Source of the DNA: Thermoplasmata archaeon | GTDB taxonomy: Archaea > Thermoplasmatota > Thermoplasmata > UBA10834 | NCBI GenBank assembly: GCA_041559015.1 | Contig: JBFFED010000003.1 | Span: 7,495-71,494, forward strand | Direction: 5' to 3' | Length of the DNA: 64,000 bases | Position numbers and translations under genes: made by a program | Notes under the pieces: model-generated | What the model saw: only the letters and a program-made list of their open reading frames with translations | Database searches by the model: none | What the model was told of the DNA's origin: nothing | Shown here: in pieces, positions 54,369 through 62,048 of the stretch | How positions within the stretch are numbered: the stretch's first letter is position 1 | Layout: every line of letters begins with the position of its first letter

Positions 54369-57300
54369 ATGGCAGAGGATAGAGCGGACCTGGAGACACT
54401 AATACGGGGTGCGAAGGAGAAGGAGAGGCTATACAACTGGCAGGAAGCAGGAGCCCTCTACTCCAGGGCCTTGGAACTCGTCGCGGAGAAGGATGCGATG
54501 AAGAGGGGCACCCTCGAGGAGAGCCTCGGCTACTCTATCCACAGACATGCGTTCCAAGCTAGGACGCCGGAGGAGTTCTCGAAGAGGATAGAGAACGCCC
54601 TGGGTGTGTACGGGAGGGCCGAGAAGGACTTCGAAGGGAGCACAGACCCGACTGCAGGGGCCAGAGCAGCGAGATGCAGGGCGATGTCCAGCTATCTGAG
54701 GTTCTGGCTTGAGCCTGATTTCGTCAAGAAAAGAGAGCACGTCAACAGCGCATGGAGCCACGCAAAGACAGCGCTCGAATCATCATTGACGACAGGAGAC
54801 CATGCCCAGCTGGGAAAGACCTGCAACGACACATTCCTTGCCGTGGTCCTTTCATACGATTTCGAGCCTGGAGTGGCCGAGAGGACCTCGATTCTCTCAG
54901 ATATCATGAGGTATGTCAGCGAAGCGGTTGAACACCCAGTCGAACCGAGGCAGCACGCGGAGAACCTCGTTCAGCTGGCAGGATGGCTTGAGGTCTCTAT
55001 GGCGTTCCTCCCCAACATGGTCGCACAACTGGAAGAGACCATCAAGAGAGCTCACACATCCTGGCTCAAGGCATGCGAAGTCGACGAGGAGGCTGCGCTC
55101 CTGGAGAGGACGAAGACAGACCTGCTGTTTGGGCTTGACTGGTCCACCTGCGGTTTACAGGGCACGCCTACCAGTGGTGAGATCCTGATGGCCGTCACCG
55201 AACGCCAACTGGCGGTCGCCGAGAAGGCAGGTGACAGGCTTGCGATCGGCAATGCAAAGAGCGTGAAGGCGGGAAACCTGGTCTGGGACACCGCCACCAT
55301 AGAGGACCCTGATGAGCTCAAGATAGCCATCGAGGAGATAGAGCAAGTCTCTGAGGATGCCAGACGCGAGTTCGGGGCAATCTCATTCGTCTCTCCTGAC
55401 TACCTGACGGGTCATTGGACATCAGCACCGAGTTCGCCATGGACTTACGCAATGCAGAGCTGGAGAGAGATGGATCTGAATAAGAAACGGCGCATCGCAT
55501 CCCAGGGGCTCGAACGGGCGCGTGAACAGCTCGCATTTGCCGAGAAGACGCATTATCCGTATGTGGTGACAAGTGCACACTACACCATGGGGTTCCTGCT
55601 GTTAGAGGTCGCAAAATGCGAAGACGACCTCAAACGGAGGCGAGCACTCCTGCGCGAGTCAGTCAGACACAATGACATAAACATAGCGGGAGAGGACACC
55701 TATCATCAATCACAGTTTTGGAACAGGGGAGTAGCTCTTTGTCAGATGGCCCGGACCGAGGTAGAGCTAGGCAGAATCACAGAAGACAAGAAGGAGAGAT
55801 TGCGTCTATTGCGTTCTTCTGCCTCTCACACAAGAGAGGGACTGGAACTCTGCGAGACGACGCTTCACACATTCGTCGGAGTCCCCTATGACGTACGCAT
55901 ACTCACCATGTTGGGATTGTTCTGGCTGGACCATGGCCGAATCCAGAGGCTCTGCTGGCGGCAAAGCCGGGACAATAGCGACCTCGAGTCCGCATGCGTC
56001 GCCTTCGAGAGGGCGGCGGAGATTCAGATGGAGGCTGGTGTCCTCAGTCGTGCAGCGGAGAGCTTCTGGGAGGCGGCGCAGGCGTACGACATCGCGGGCA
56101 ATCACACCAGGGCTTCGGACAGTTTCAATCGTGCCGCAGAGAACTATAGAGAGGCGGCGCGGAGAACGAAGCCGCTCAGAGGGTATTTCGAGGACCACGC
56201 ATTGTACATGCAGGGCTGGTCGGAGATAGAAAGGGCCAAACTGTATCACTCGAAACAGGAACCAGCACCCTCGAGTGAGCACTTCAAGAAAGCTTCTGAG
56301 CTTCACGCCTCAACGATGAGATGGAGCTTCCTTGCGTCCAACTACTCTGCCTGGGCAGAGGTCGAGAACGGCGAGGACCTGAGCCAGAAGGAGGACAGCG
56401 CCGCATCAATCGACGCGTTCAAGGACGCTGCGAGATTGTTTCTGGAATCCAAGAAGAACATACGCGCGCATCTCAGCCTCATCACCGACACCGACCTGAA
56501 GCAGATGGCCACAGAGCTCATTGACGCAGTGGACAACAGGCGAGACCTCTGTGAGGCACGCGCTGTCCTGGAATCTGCGCGACAGCTCGACAGGGAAGGC
56601 AAGATGACCGAGGCCGCGGAGAGGTATGGTCGTGGTACTGAGATGCTGCACAAGGTGAGGGAGCGAGTTCGCTCAGAGCAGGACAGGAAGGAAATCGACC
56701 TCAATCTGACACTCACGAACGCCTGGAGGGCGATGGCCAAAGCGGAGACCGAAACCTCCCCCGGACTCTATGAGGAGGCTGCACGCCTCTTCGAGAAGGC
56801 GAAGGACCTCAGCCCAGGTGAGAAGGCGAGGAACTTGGCGATTGGGAACAGCAAGTTCTGCAGGGCCTTAGAGGCGGGCGCGAAGTTCGAGGATACGGGT
56901 GATCAGGCGCTGCACTCAGTTGCGGCTGATAACCTGGAGAGCGCTGCCAGGCATTACATGAAGGCTGGCCAGGACAAAGCGGCGGAATACACTAGGGCGA
57001 GCAGATTGCTTTTCGACGCCTACGTGGCCATGGGCAACGCCAGCAAGGAACGGGAGCACGACAAGAAGGCTTCCCTCTACGCTGTCGCCGAGAAGATACT
57101 GGAGGCGTCTGCGGTGTCCTTCGACAAGGCCCGGCAGCCAGGCAGGAAAGCCCAGATTCGGAGGCTGCTGGAGCGAGTGCAGAGAGACCGGGAGCTGGCC
57201 GTCTCGCTCACACATGTGTTTCGAGCGCCAGACATAGCCTCTGCTGCTGTGGCGATCTCATCGCCATCCTACGAAGTTCCCGTGGGTCTTGACAGGTTCG

Positions 57301-57713
57301 AGCACGCAGATATCCAGGCTACCGTGATAGTGAGGCCGAAAGACATCCAAGTGGGTGAGGACCTGAAGCTCGATATAGAACTTGTGAACGCTGGGAGGGG
57401 GCCCGCCCAGCTGACGAAGGTCGACGGGCTTGTCCCGCCCGGCTTCGACGTCCAGACCGTGCCCGACAGGTACAGGATGGAGAACAGCCACCTCAACATG
57501 AGGGGCAGGCGTCTCGGCTCAATGAAAACGGAGGACATCAAGGTAGTCCTCAGATCGATTGCGCACGGGACATATGTCCTGAAGCCAAGAGTCCTATACC
57601 TCGATGAATCCGGCAAATACAAGTCTTTCGAGCCAGAGGCGGTCACAGTAACGGTGAGAGAGATGGGGATTGGAGGGTGGCTCAAAGGCCCTCAGAAGAG
57701 AGTGACCTCCTAG
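54369..57713 (+). CDS. Large (1114 aa) alpha-solenoid (SNAP/TPR-like repeat) protein with a C-terminal beta-sandwich domain, paralog B
   Basis: It starts 34 nt after paralog A and has the same architecture and the same conserved blocks (AAESFWEAAQAYD, SNYSAWA, VGLDRFEHAD...IELVNAGRGPAQLTKV...GWLKGP). Confidence 0.8.
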   Translation: MAEDRADLETLIRGAKEKERLYNWQEAGALYSRALELVAEKDAMKRGTLEESLGYSIHRHAFQARTPEEFSKRIENALGVYGRAEKDFEGSTDPTAGARAARCRAMSSYLRFWLEPDFVKKREHVNSAWSHAKTALESSLTTGDHAQLGKTCNDTFLAVVLSYDFEPGVAERTSILSDIMRYVSEAVEHPVEPRQHAENLVQLAGWLEVSMAFLPNMVAQLEETIKRAHTSWLKACEVDEEAALLERTKTDLLFGLDWSTCGLQGTPTSGEILMAVTERQLAVAEKAGDRLAIGNAKSVKAGNLVWDTATIEDPDELKIAIEEIEQVSEDARREFGAISFVSPDYLTGHWTSAPSSPWTYAMQSWREMDLNKKRRIASQGLERAREQLAFAEKTHYPYVVTSAHYTMGFLLLEVAKCEDDLKRRRALLRESVRHNDINIAGEDTYHQSQFWNRGVALCQMARTEVELGRITEDKKERLRLLRSSASHTREGLELCETTLHTFVGVPYDVRILTMLGLFWLDHGRIQRLCWRQSRDNSDLESACVAFERAAEIQMEAGVLSRAAESFWEAAQAYDIAGNHTRASDSFNRAAENYREAARRTKPLRGYFEDHALYMQGWSEIERAKLYHSKQEPAPSSEHFKKASELHASTMRWSFLASNYSAWAEVENGEDLSQKEDSAASIDAFKDAARLFLESKKNIRAHLSLITDTDLKQMATELIDAVDNRRDLCEARAVLESARQLDREGKMTEAAERYGRGTEMLHKVRERVRSEQDRKEIDLNLTLTNAWRAMAKAETETSPGLYEEAARLFEKAKDLSPGEKARNLAIGNSKFCRALEAGAKFEDTGDQALHSVAADNLESAARHYMKAGQDKAAEYTRASRLLFDAYVAMGNASKEREHDKKASLYAVAEKILEASAVSFDKARQPGRKAQIRRLLERVQRDRELAVSLTHVFRAPDIASAAVAISSPSYEVPVGLDRFEHADIQATVIVRPKDIQVGEDLKLDIELVNAGRGPAQLTKVDGLVPPGFDVQTVPDRYRMENSHLNMRGRRLGSMKTEDIKVVLRSIAHGTYVLKPRVLYLDESGKYKSFEPEAVTVTVREMGIGGWLKGPQKRVTS
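57282..57710 (+). other. C-terminal beta-sandwich-like domain of paralog B
   Basis: It is homologous to 53909..54331 (see above). Confidence 0.45.
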
Positions 57714-57822
57714 AGGTTGTGACTGTTCGCCAGTTGATGCCACCATTGAAGCTCAGGGTCGTGCAAGTGCAACAGAAAGAACAATAGGCAGGCTAACGCC
57801 ATCCGGGAGGCGAGGTGGGCGG

Positions 57823-58125
57823 TTGAGCGAGGATCCAGAGAAGAGGTTCATCAAGCCGATTACGAACGCTTCGTACCCCGCAACGCTCGCCGCGCTCACG
57901 CTCACGGTCTACAGGGTCGCAGCCATAGGCGGCGACCCGCCGACACTTCTCAAGTACATCTTGCTGATCGGAGCGACCTGCTTCTTGCTCTCTTCAATTT
58001 CATTCTTCTTCTACTCGCTCTATCCCACGAAGACGAGGCTCTGGACCTCCACGGCCCTCTTCTATCTCTTCGGACTCTTCTCGCTGCTCTGCTCTGTATT
58101 CGTCTTGCTTGGGAACCCGACCTAG
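57823..58125 (+). CDS. Small hypothetical membrane protein (3 TM helices)
   Basis: 100 aa with a TTG start and three hydrophobic helices. It lies 109 nt downstream of paralog B on the same strand. Confidence 0.4.
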   Translation: MSEDPEKRFIKPITNASYPATLAALTLTVYRVAAIGGDPPTLLKYILLIGATCFLLSSISFFFYSLYPTKTRLWTSTALFYLFGLFSLLCSVFVLLGNPT

Positions 58126-58168
58126 GCAAGGACGGTCGAGTGGGCTGCGCTTCCCTCGCAGGACGACC

Positions 58169-58849
58169 CTATCCGCCAAGCAGTATGGTGACGACAACAA
58201 CCACTGCGCCGAGGAGTGTGAGGCCGAGCGCTGTCTTGAGAGGGTTCTTGTCCGTGTACTTCGCATACTCGACACCGGTGAAGAAGAGCATGGTCATGAC
58301 GATGCCGTTCGATATTCTGATGGCAGGTTCCATCTCACCGATGAAGTAGAACGGCATTATCGCCGGGAGTGTCGTCAGGAAGGTCACGACGAAACAGAAC
58401 ATCCCTCCAGTGATGTCATCCCTCGTGATCTTCGCCACGGGTGGGTGCAGGCGTATCACATGATCCAGTATCTCCTCGTTGAGCTTCTTCCTCTCGTCAC
58501 ACCCGAGCATCCACTCGAAAGGTGGGCTGAACTCCCCGTCGATGATCGAGAGCGCCTCATCGCCCGTCATGGCGCTCGTTGCGTCCTTGACCATCTTCAA
58601 GGACTTGTTCCTGTTGAAGAGGTTCGTCAGGACGAACATCACGCCGTCGACGATCCCCCAAGCGATGTTGCATCCGAGGACGGCGAAGATGAGTGTCTGG
58701 ATACCCTCCTCTGTGTCAGGCACTGCGCGGCTGACGGTGCTCGAGACCGTGATGACCATGATGAGGGCGTAGATTATCTCCTGCAACCTGCCCACTGGGG
58801 TTATCTGCTTATCGATGAACTTCTCAATCCTGAACGGCAGTGATTCCAC
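58169..58849 (-). CDS. VIT1/CCC1-like (vacuolar iron transporter family) membrane protein
   Basis: 226 aa with a 2 TM + ~70-aa soluble insert + 3 TM layout. The G.N.A.G..DG-like motif is GCNIAWGIVDG, and the C-terminus is ALGLTLLGAVVVVVTILLGG. The assignment rests on architecture only. Confidence 0.5.
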   Translation of the reverse strand: MESLPFRIEKFIDKQITPVGRLQEIIYALIMVITVSSTVSRAVPDTEEGIQTLIFAVLGCNIAWGIVDGVMFVLTNLFNRNKSLKMVKDATSAMTGDEALSIIDGEFSPPFEWMLGCDERKKLNEEILDHVIRLHPPVAKITRDDITGGMFCFVVTFLTTLPAIMPFYFIGEMEPAIRISNGIVMTMLFFTGVEYAKYTDKNPLKTALGLTLLGAVVVVVTILLGG

Positions 58850-59103
58850 GACCGATCACCACCCATTCCCGGACGCACAGCCGCTGCTGCTAGCGGAGTG
58901 TACCTGCATTCCCCGATGCATTCGCCAATCCCTCCAGCTGTTCTGGCGCAGACTGAGGTCGTCCACTCATGGCTCAGTCCCGTCAAATCCCAACATCTAG
59001 TTCTCCGGAGATAAGCATATTGCAGGCCTCTGGAGGCCTCCGAAGGGATAATGCCCCCCGAGGACAGATGCAGGTACAGAAGGACGGGCCGGACGGGAGG
59101 AGC

Positions 59104-59796
59104 ATGATGGCACGAGTCTTGGCATTCAACTGCAGCCCCAGGATGGAGAAGGGAAACACGGCGCTGATCCTGAACACGTTCATCGACGGTATGAGGGGAG
59201 TGGGAGCGGACGTCGAGCTGCTCTACACGAGGAAGCTGAGGGTCAAACCCTGCATAGGCGATTTCCGATGTTGGGGCGATACCCCGGGCGTCTGTACCCT
59301 GCGCGACGACATGGAATCCGTTCTCAGCAAGATGGCCAGCGCCGAGACCTGGGTGTTTGGGGTCCCGGTCCACGCGAAGCTGCCTGGTGAACTCCAGAAC
59401 CTGTTCAACAGGACCATGCCTCTCTTCAAGCCGAACGTCCAAGTACGGGGTCGCACGCTCATCCCGACCCGGATGAAGCACGTCATGGTCGAGAGGGTCG
59501 CCCTCGTATCCACCTGCGGCTGGTGGGGGCTCGAGAACTTCGACCTCCTGGTCAAGGACTTCGAGTTCATGGCCAAGATATTCGACGTACCCTTGATGCG
59601 CCCCTTGCTCAGGCCTGAGGCCGACATCTTCCGTAGGAGGTCTAGGGAGGGCGATAGTGTCTGCATCGATATCTTGGGAGCAGCCGAACAGGCTGGGGCT
59701 CAGCTAGTGAAGAAGGGCGACATCAGCAAGGAGGTCGCTCGAAAGGTACAGGTCCCCCTCAAGACCCTGGATGAGTTCCTCGCCAAGAACAGCTGA
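59104..59796 (+). CDS. Flavodoxin-fold NAD(P)H-dependent FMN reductase / iron-sulfur-flavoprotein-like protein
   Basis: The pattern VLAFNCSPRMEKGNT...VKPCIGDFRCWGDTPGVCTLRDDM...ETWVFGVPVH fits. The ATG at 59104 is preferred over the ORF-track start at 58969. Confidence 0.72.
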   Translation: MMARVLAFNCSPRMEKGNTALILNTFIDGMRGVGADVELLYTRKLRVKPCIGDFRCWGDTPGVCTLRDDMESVLSKMASAETWVFGVPVHAKLPGELQNLFNRTMPLFKPNVQVRGRTLIPTRMKHVMVERVALVSTCGWWGLENFDLLVKDFEFMAKIFDVPLMRPLLRPEADIFRRRSREGDSVCIDILGAAEQAGAQLVKKGDISKEVARKVQVPLKTLDEFLAKNS

Positions 59797-59846
59797 AGGA
59801 GGCCATAGCCCTGGCTCAGGGCATTGCCGGCAACGACCAAACCCGC

Positions 59847-60122
59847 CTACATCTCGTCGATCTCTTCCTTGCCCTTCTCGAGCTCGCGCACCTGCTCCTT
59901 GTCCTTCATGAGCAGCAGCGCGAGGAATTCGCCCACGTGCGTCTTCTCCTCTTTGGCGACGTCCATGAAGCAGGCCTTCATCTTCCTGTCCGATGTCAGG
60001 GCCGCCATCTGCTCGTAAAGATTGGTGGCGTCGAGTTCGGCTATGATCCCCAGCCGGAGCATCTGCATATCAAGCATCGCTTTCGGCAACTTCACTCCAT
60101 CTACTGCTGATTTCGCCAGCAT
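59847..60122 (-). CDS. Half-ferritin / EncFtn-like (rubrerythrin-superfamily) small protein
   Basis: 91 aa. ELDATNLYEQMA...AKEEKTHVGEF gives the E...Y and ExxH di-iron ligand spacing of encapsulated-ferritin-like proteins. No encapsulin shell gene lies nearby. Confidence 0.55.
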   Translation of the reverse strand: MLAKSAVDGVKLPKAMLDMQMLRLGIIAELDATNLYEQMAALTSDRKMKACFMDVAKEEKTHVGEFLALLLMKDKEQVRELEKGKEEIDEM

Positions 60123-60537
60123 TCTCCATACCTCCCGGCCCTGACCACCAGACCCAGGTCGCGATGGACACTGTGCTTAAGGTCGGGCATCAACAGTATG
60201 GATTTCTGATTGATATCGCTTTCGTACTTCCCGGAGGCCGTGCAATGCCTATCCCAAGAAGATTTCGCTCAGTGCAGTATCTCGAAAGATCTCCATCTGC
60301 TTTCGACCATGTAGGGTAGCGAGTCGTCGAGCCCTGCCTCCGAGCCGTCAAGTTCGTCCGCACTCCGAGCTGCTTGACAAGAGAGTCTCACCCACACCGT
60401 CAGAAACAACAGACGAGCATGATGTTGGAGGAACGCGAATACGCGGCAAGAGGCAAGAGGAGTGATAAAGGAGTGACTTGGAAGAGACCACGAGGGCCTC
60501 TTCGCAAAGAGGTTTATCGGCCGAGTGTCAGTCGGGA

Positions 60538-60915
60538 TCAGAGCTTCAGGACATTCCGTGCCTTGTTCTCGTCGCTGACAGCCAGCGCCACATGCACATG
60601 CGTCGAGTTCTTGTCGAGCATGTACGCTGCATCGATGTTGATGCCTTCCTTGGCGAGCTCCCTCGAGACCCTGGCCAGCTCCCCGGGCCTGTCCTCGAGC
60701 TTGGCAACCAGCAGGTTCCTCTCGGAGAACTCCATCCTGGACTCGCTGAGGCTCTTCCGGGCCTTCTCCGGGTCGGACGCTACTATTCTCACGACCCCGG
60801 CCTGAGGCTCCGTCGAGATCGAGCGGATGTTCACGCCGTCCTTCTGCAGGACCTCCGTCATCCGCGCCAGCTCTCCCGACTTGTTCGCCAACTTCACGCT
60901 GAATTCCTTTTCCAT
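60538..60915 (-). CDS. Stand-alone tandem ACT-domain protein (paralog of 7328..7705)
   Basis: 125 aa from the ATG at 60915 with the motifs LANKSGELARMTEVLQKDGVNI and LEDRPGELARVSRELAKEGINI. Confidence 0.8.
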   Translation of the reverse strand: MEKEFSVKLANKSGELARMTEVLQKDGVNIRSISTEPQAGVVRIVASDPEKARKSLSESRMEFSERNLLVAKLEDRPGELARVSRELAKEGINIDAAYMLDKNSTHVHVALAVSDENKARNVLKL

Positions 60916-61170
60916 GTTTTTTCCTCCATTCACAAGAACAAGTGCGCAAGAAATCTCCACCCTGTAGGAGACAGAGAAGTATCACGTATTGACCCAGTGT
61001 AATATACACAATGTACCTCATCACACAACCTTGTGCTGCCGCTACACGATATGAAGGTAGCCACCGATGGCAGTATAAGATAGAGCCCTGAGGCGGGAGG
61101 GGCCAGTGGCTGTGACCGCGGACGGCCGACAATCGTCGGGGGATATCTAGTATCTCCCAGTTGGCACGCA

Positions 61171-61201
61171 CAAGGGCCCTCCAAGAGGTATCAAGGGCCC
61201 T
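61171..61201. repeat. 10-bp direct repeat CAAGGGCCCT x2 with 21-nt periodicity
   Basis: Identical copies lie at 61171-61180 and 61192-61201, in the intergenic region upstream of the zinc-ribbon ORF. Each contains the palindrome GGGCCC. Confidence 0.5.
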
Positions 61202-61262
61202 GTGGCCTCAGGGCGAGGAAAGACCATAAGGAGGGAGAGACGATTCACCTTGGGGGATACCC

Positions 61263-61484
61263 ATGAGGTGCCCGAATTGCGGGACGGAGAACTCTAAAGG
61301 TCAGAAGTTCTGTGGCGGTTGCGGCCATAGCCTCGACAGACCAGCCCAGGCAAGACATGGTTTGGTCAAGTGCCCGAGCTGTGGGTTCGGCAATCCGGAA
61401 GGCAGGAGATTCTGCGCTGACTGCGGAAGCATGATCCCCATGACCCCACGGACGGCCGCGACGGATAAGGAACGAGAGAAGTAA
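61263..61484 (+). CDS. Double zinc-ribbon small protein
   Basis: 73 aa with RCPNCGTENSKGQKFCGGCG and KCPSCGFGNPEGRRFCADCG. Confidence 0.6.
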   Translation: MRCPNCGTENSKGQKFCGGCGHSLDRPAQARHGLVKCPSCGFGNPEGRRFCADCGSMIPMTPRTAATDKEREK

Positions 61485-61548
61485 TGAGCACGAGCATCGC
61501 CTCAGTGAGTTCCACAAGGAATCAGAGGAAATCCGGCCAGAGGCGGAT

Positions 61549-61827
61549 ATGGTGCAGCACAAGTTCACTATCGGCAATGAAGAGAAACAGAGGATTCGCA
61601 TCGATCACAGCGCGACGACGGGGAAGGTCACGATCATCGTCAACGGGAAACGAATAGTGGTCATCAACGGCAGAGAGCTTCGGCCCGTCAGCCATGCTAT
61701 CGATTCGATAACAATCGCGTTCAACATAGGAGAGAAGGAGAAACACAAGATCAACATCCGCATAAGGGGTCGATTCTGGAATCATTTCGAAGCCTACTCG
61801 GATAGCGAGCTGGTCTACAGGTCGTGA
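61549..61827 (+). CDS. Small hypothetical beta-rich protein
   Basis: 92-aa ORF in a ~50% GC patch. Alternating patterns are present (KVTIIVNGKRIVVING, HKINIRIRG). No family was recognised. Confidence 0.4.
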   Translation: MVQHKFTIGNEEKQRIRIDHSATTGKVTIIVNGKRIVVINGRELRPVSHAIDSITIAFNIGEKEKHKINIRIRGRFWNHFEAYSDSELVYRS

Positions 61828-62048
61828 GAGTCACTAAGAGGAGCTTGGTCCTGATCCTATCCTTCTGACATATCTACGCCCAGTGAACTGAGTCAAGGGG
61901 CATCGTCTGCCCGCATCGGCCATTCTGGCCAGGAGTCTACCCATGATTACAGTTTGCAGCCTCGCCCACTGCTACGTGATCGACTGATTCGGGGGCCGTA
62001 TCTGCCTCCTGAAAGAAGAAGATGGTAAGTGGTTTCAGCCGGATGTGA

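Noticed and set aside
58109-59481. ORFs 58109..58843 (+) and 58801..59481 (-), antisense to the VIT1-like and flavoprotein genes.
   Set aside because: They have no motifs and a biased composition. The opposite strands carry better-supported genes.
60123-60537. 415-nt gap between the EncFtn-like gene and the ACT paralog, examined for a degraded gene.
   Set aside because: Translations in all frames gave nothing recognisable. I cannot support a pseudogene call without a similarity search.
60269-61171. 300-aa minus-strand ORF covering the ACT gene region and both flanking intergenic regions.
   Set aside because: It is out of frame with the ACT paralog, which has a clear homolog at 7328..7705. 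It runs through AT-richer non-coding DNA and has an R/G-rich translation.
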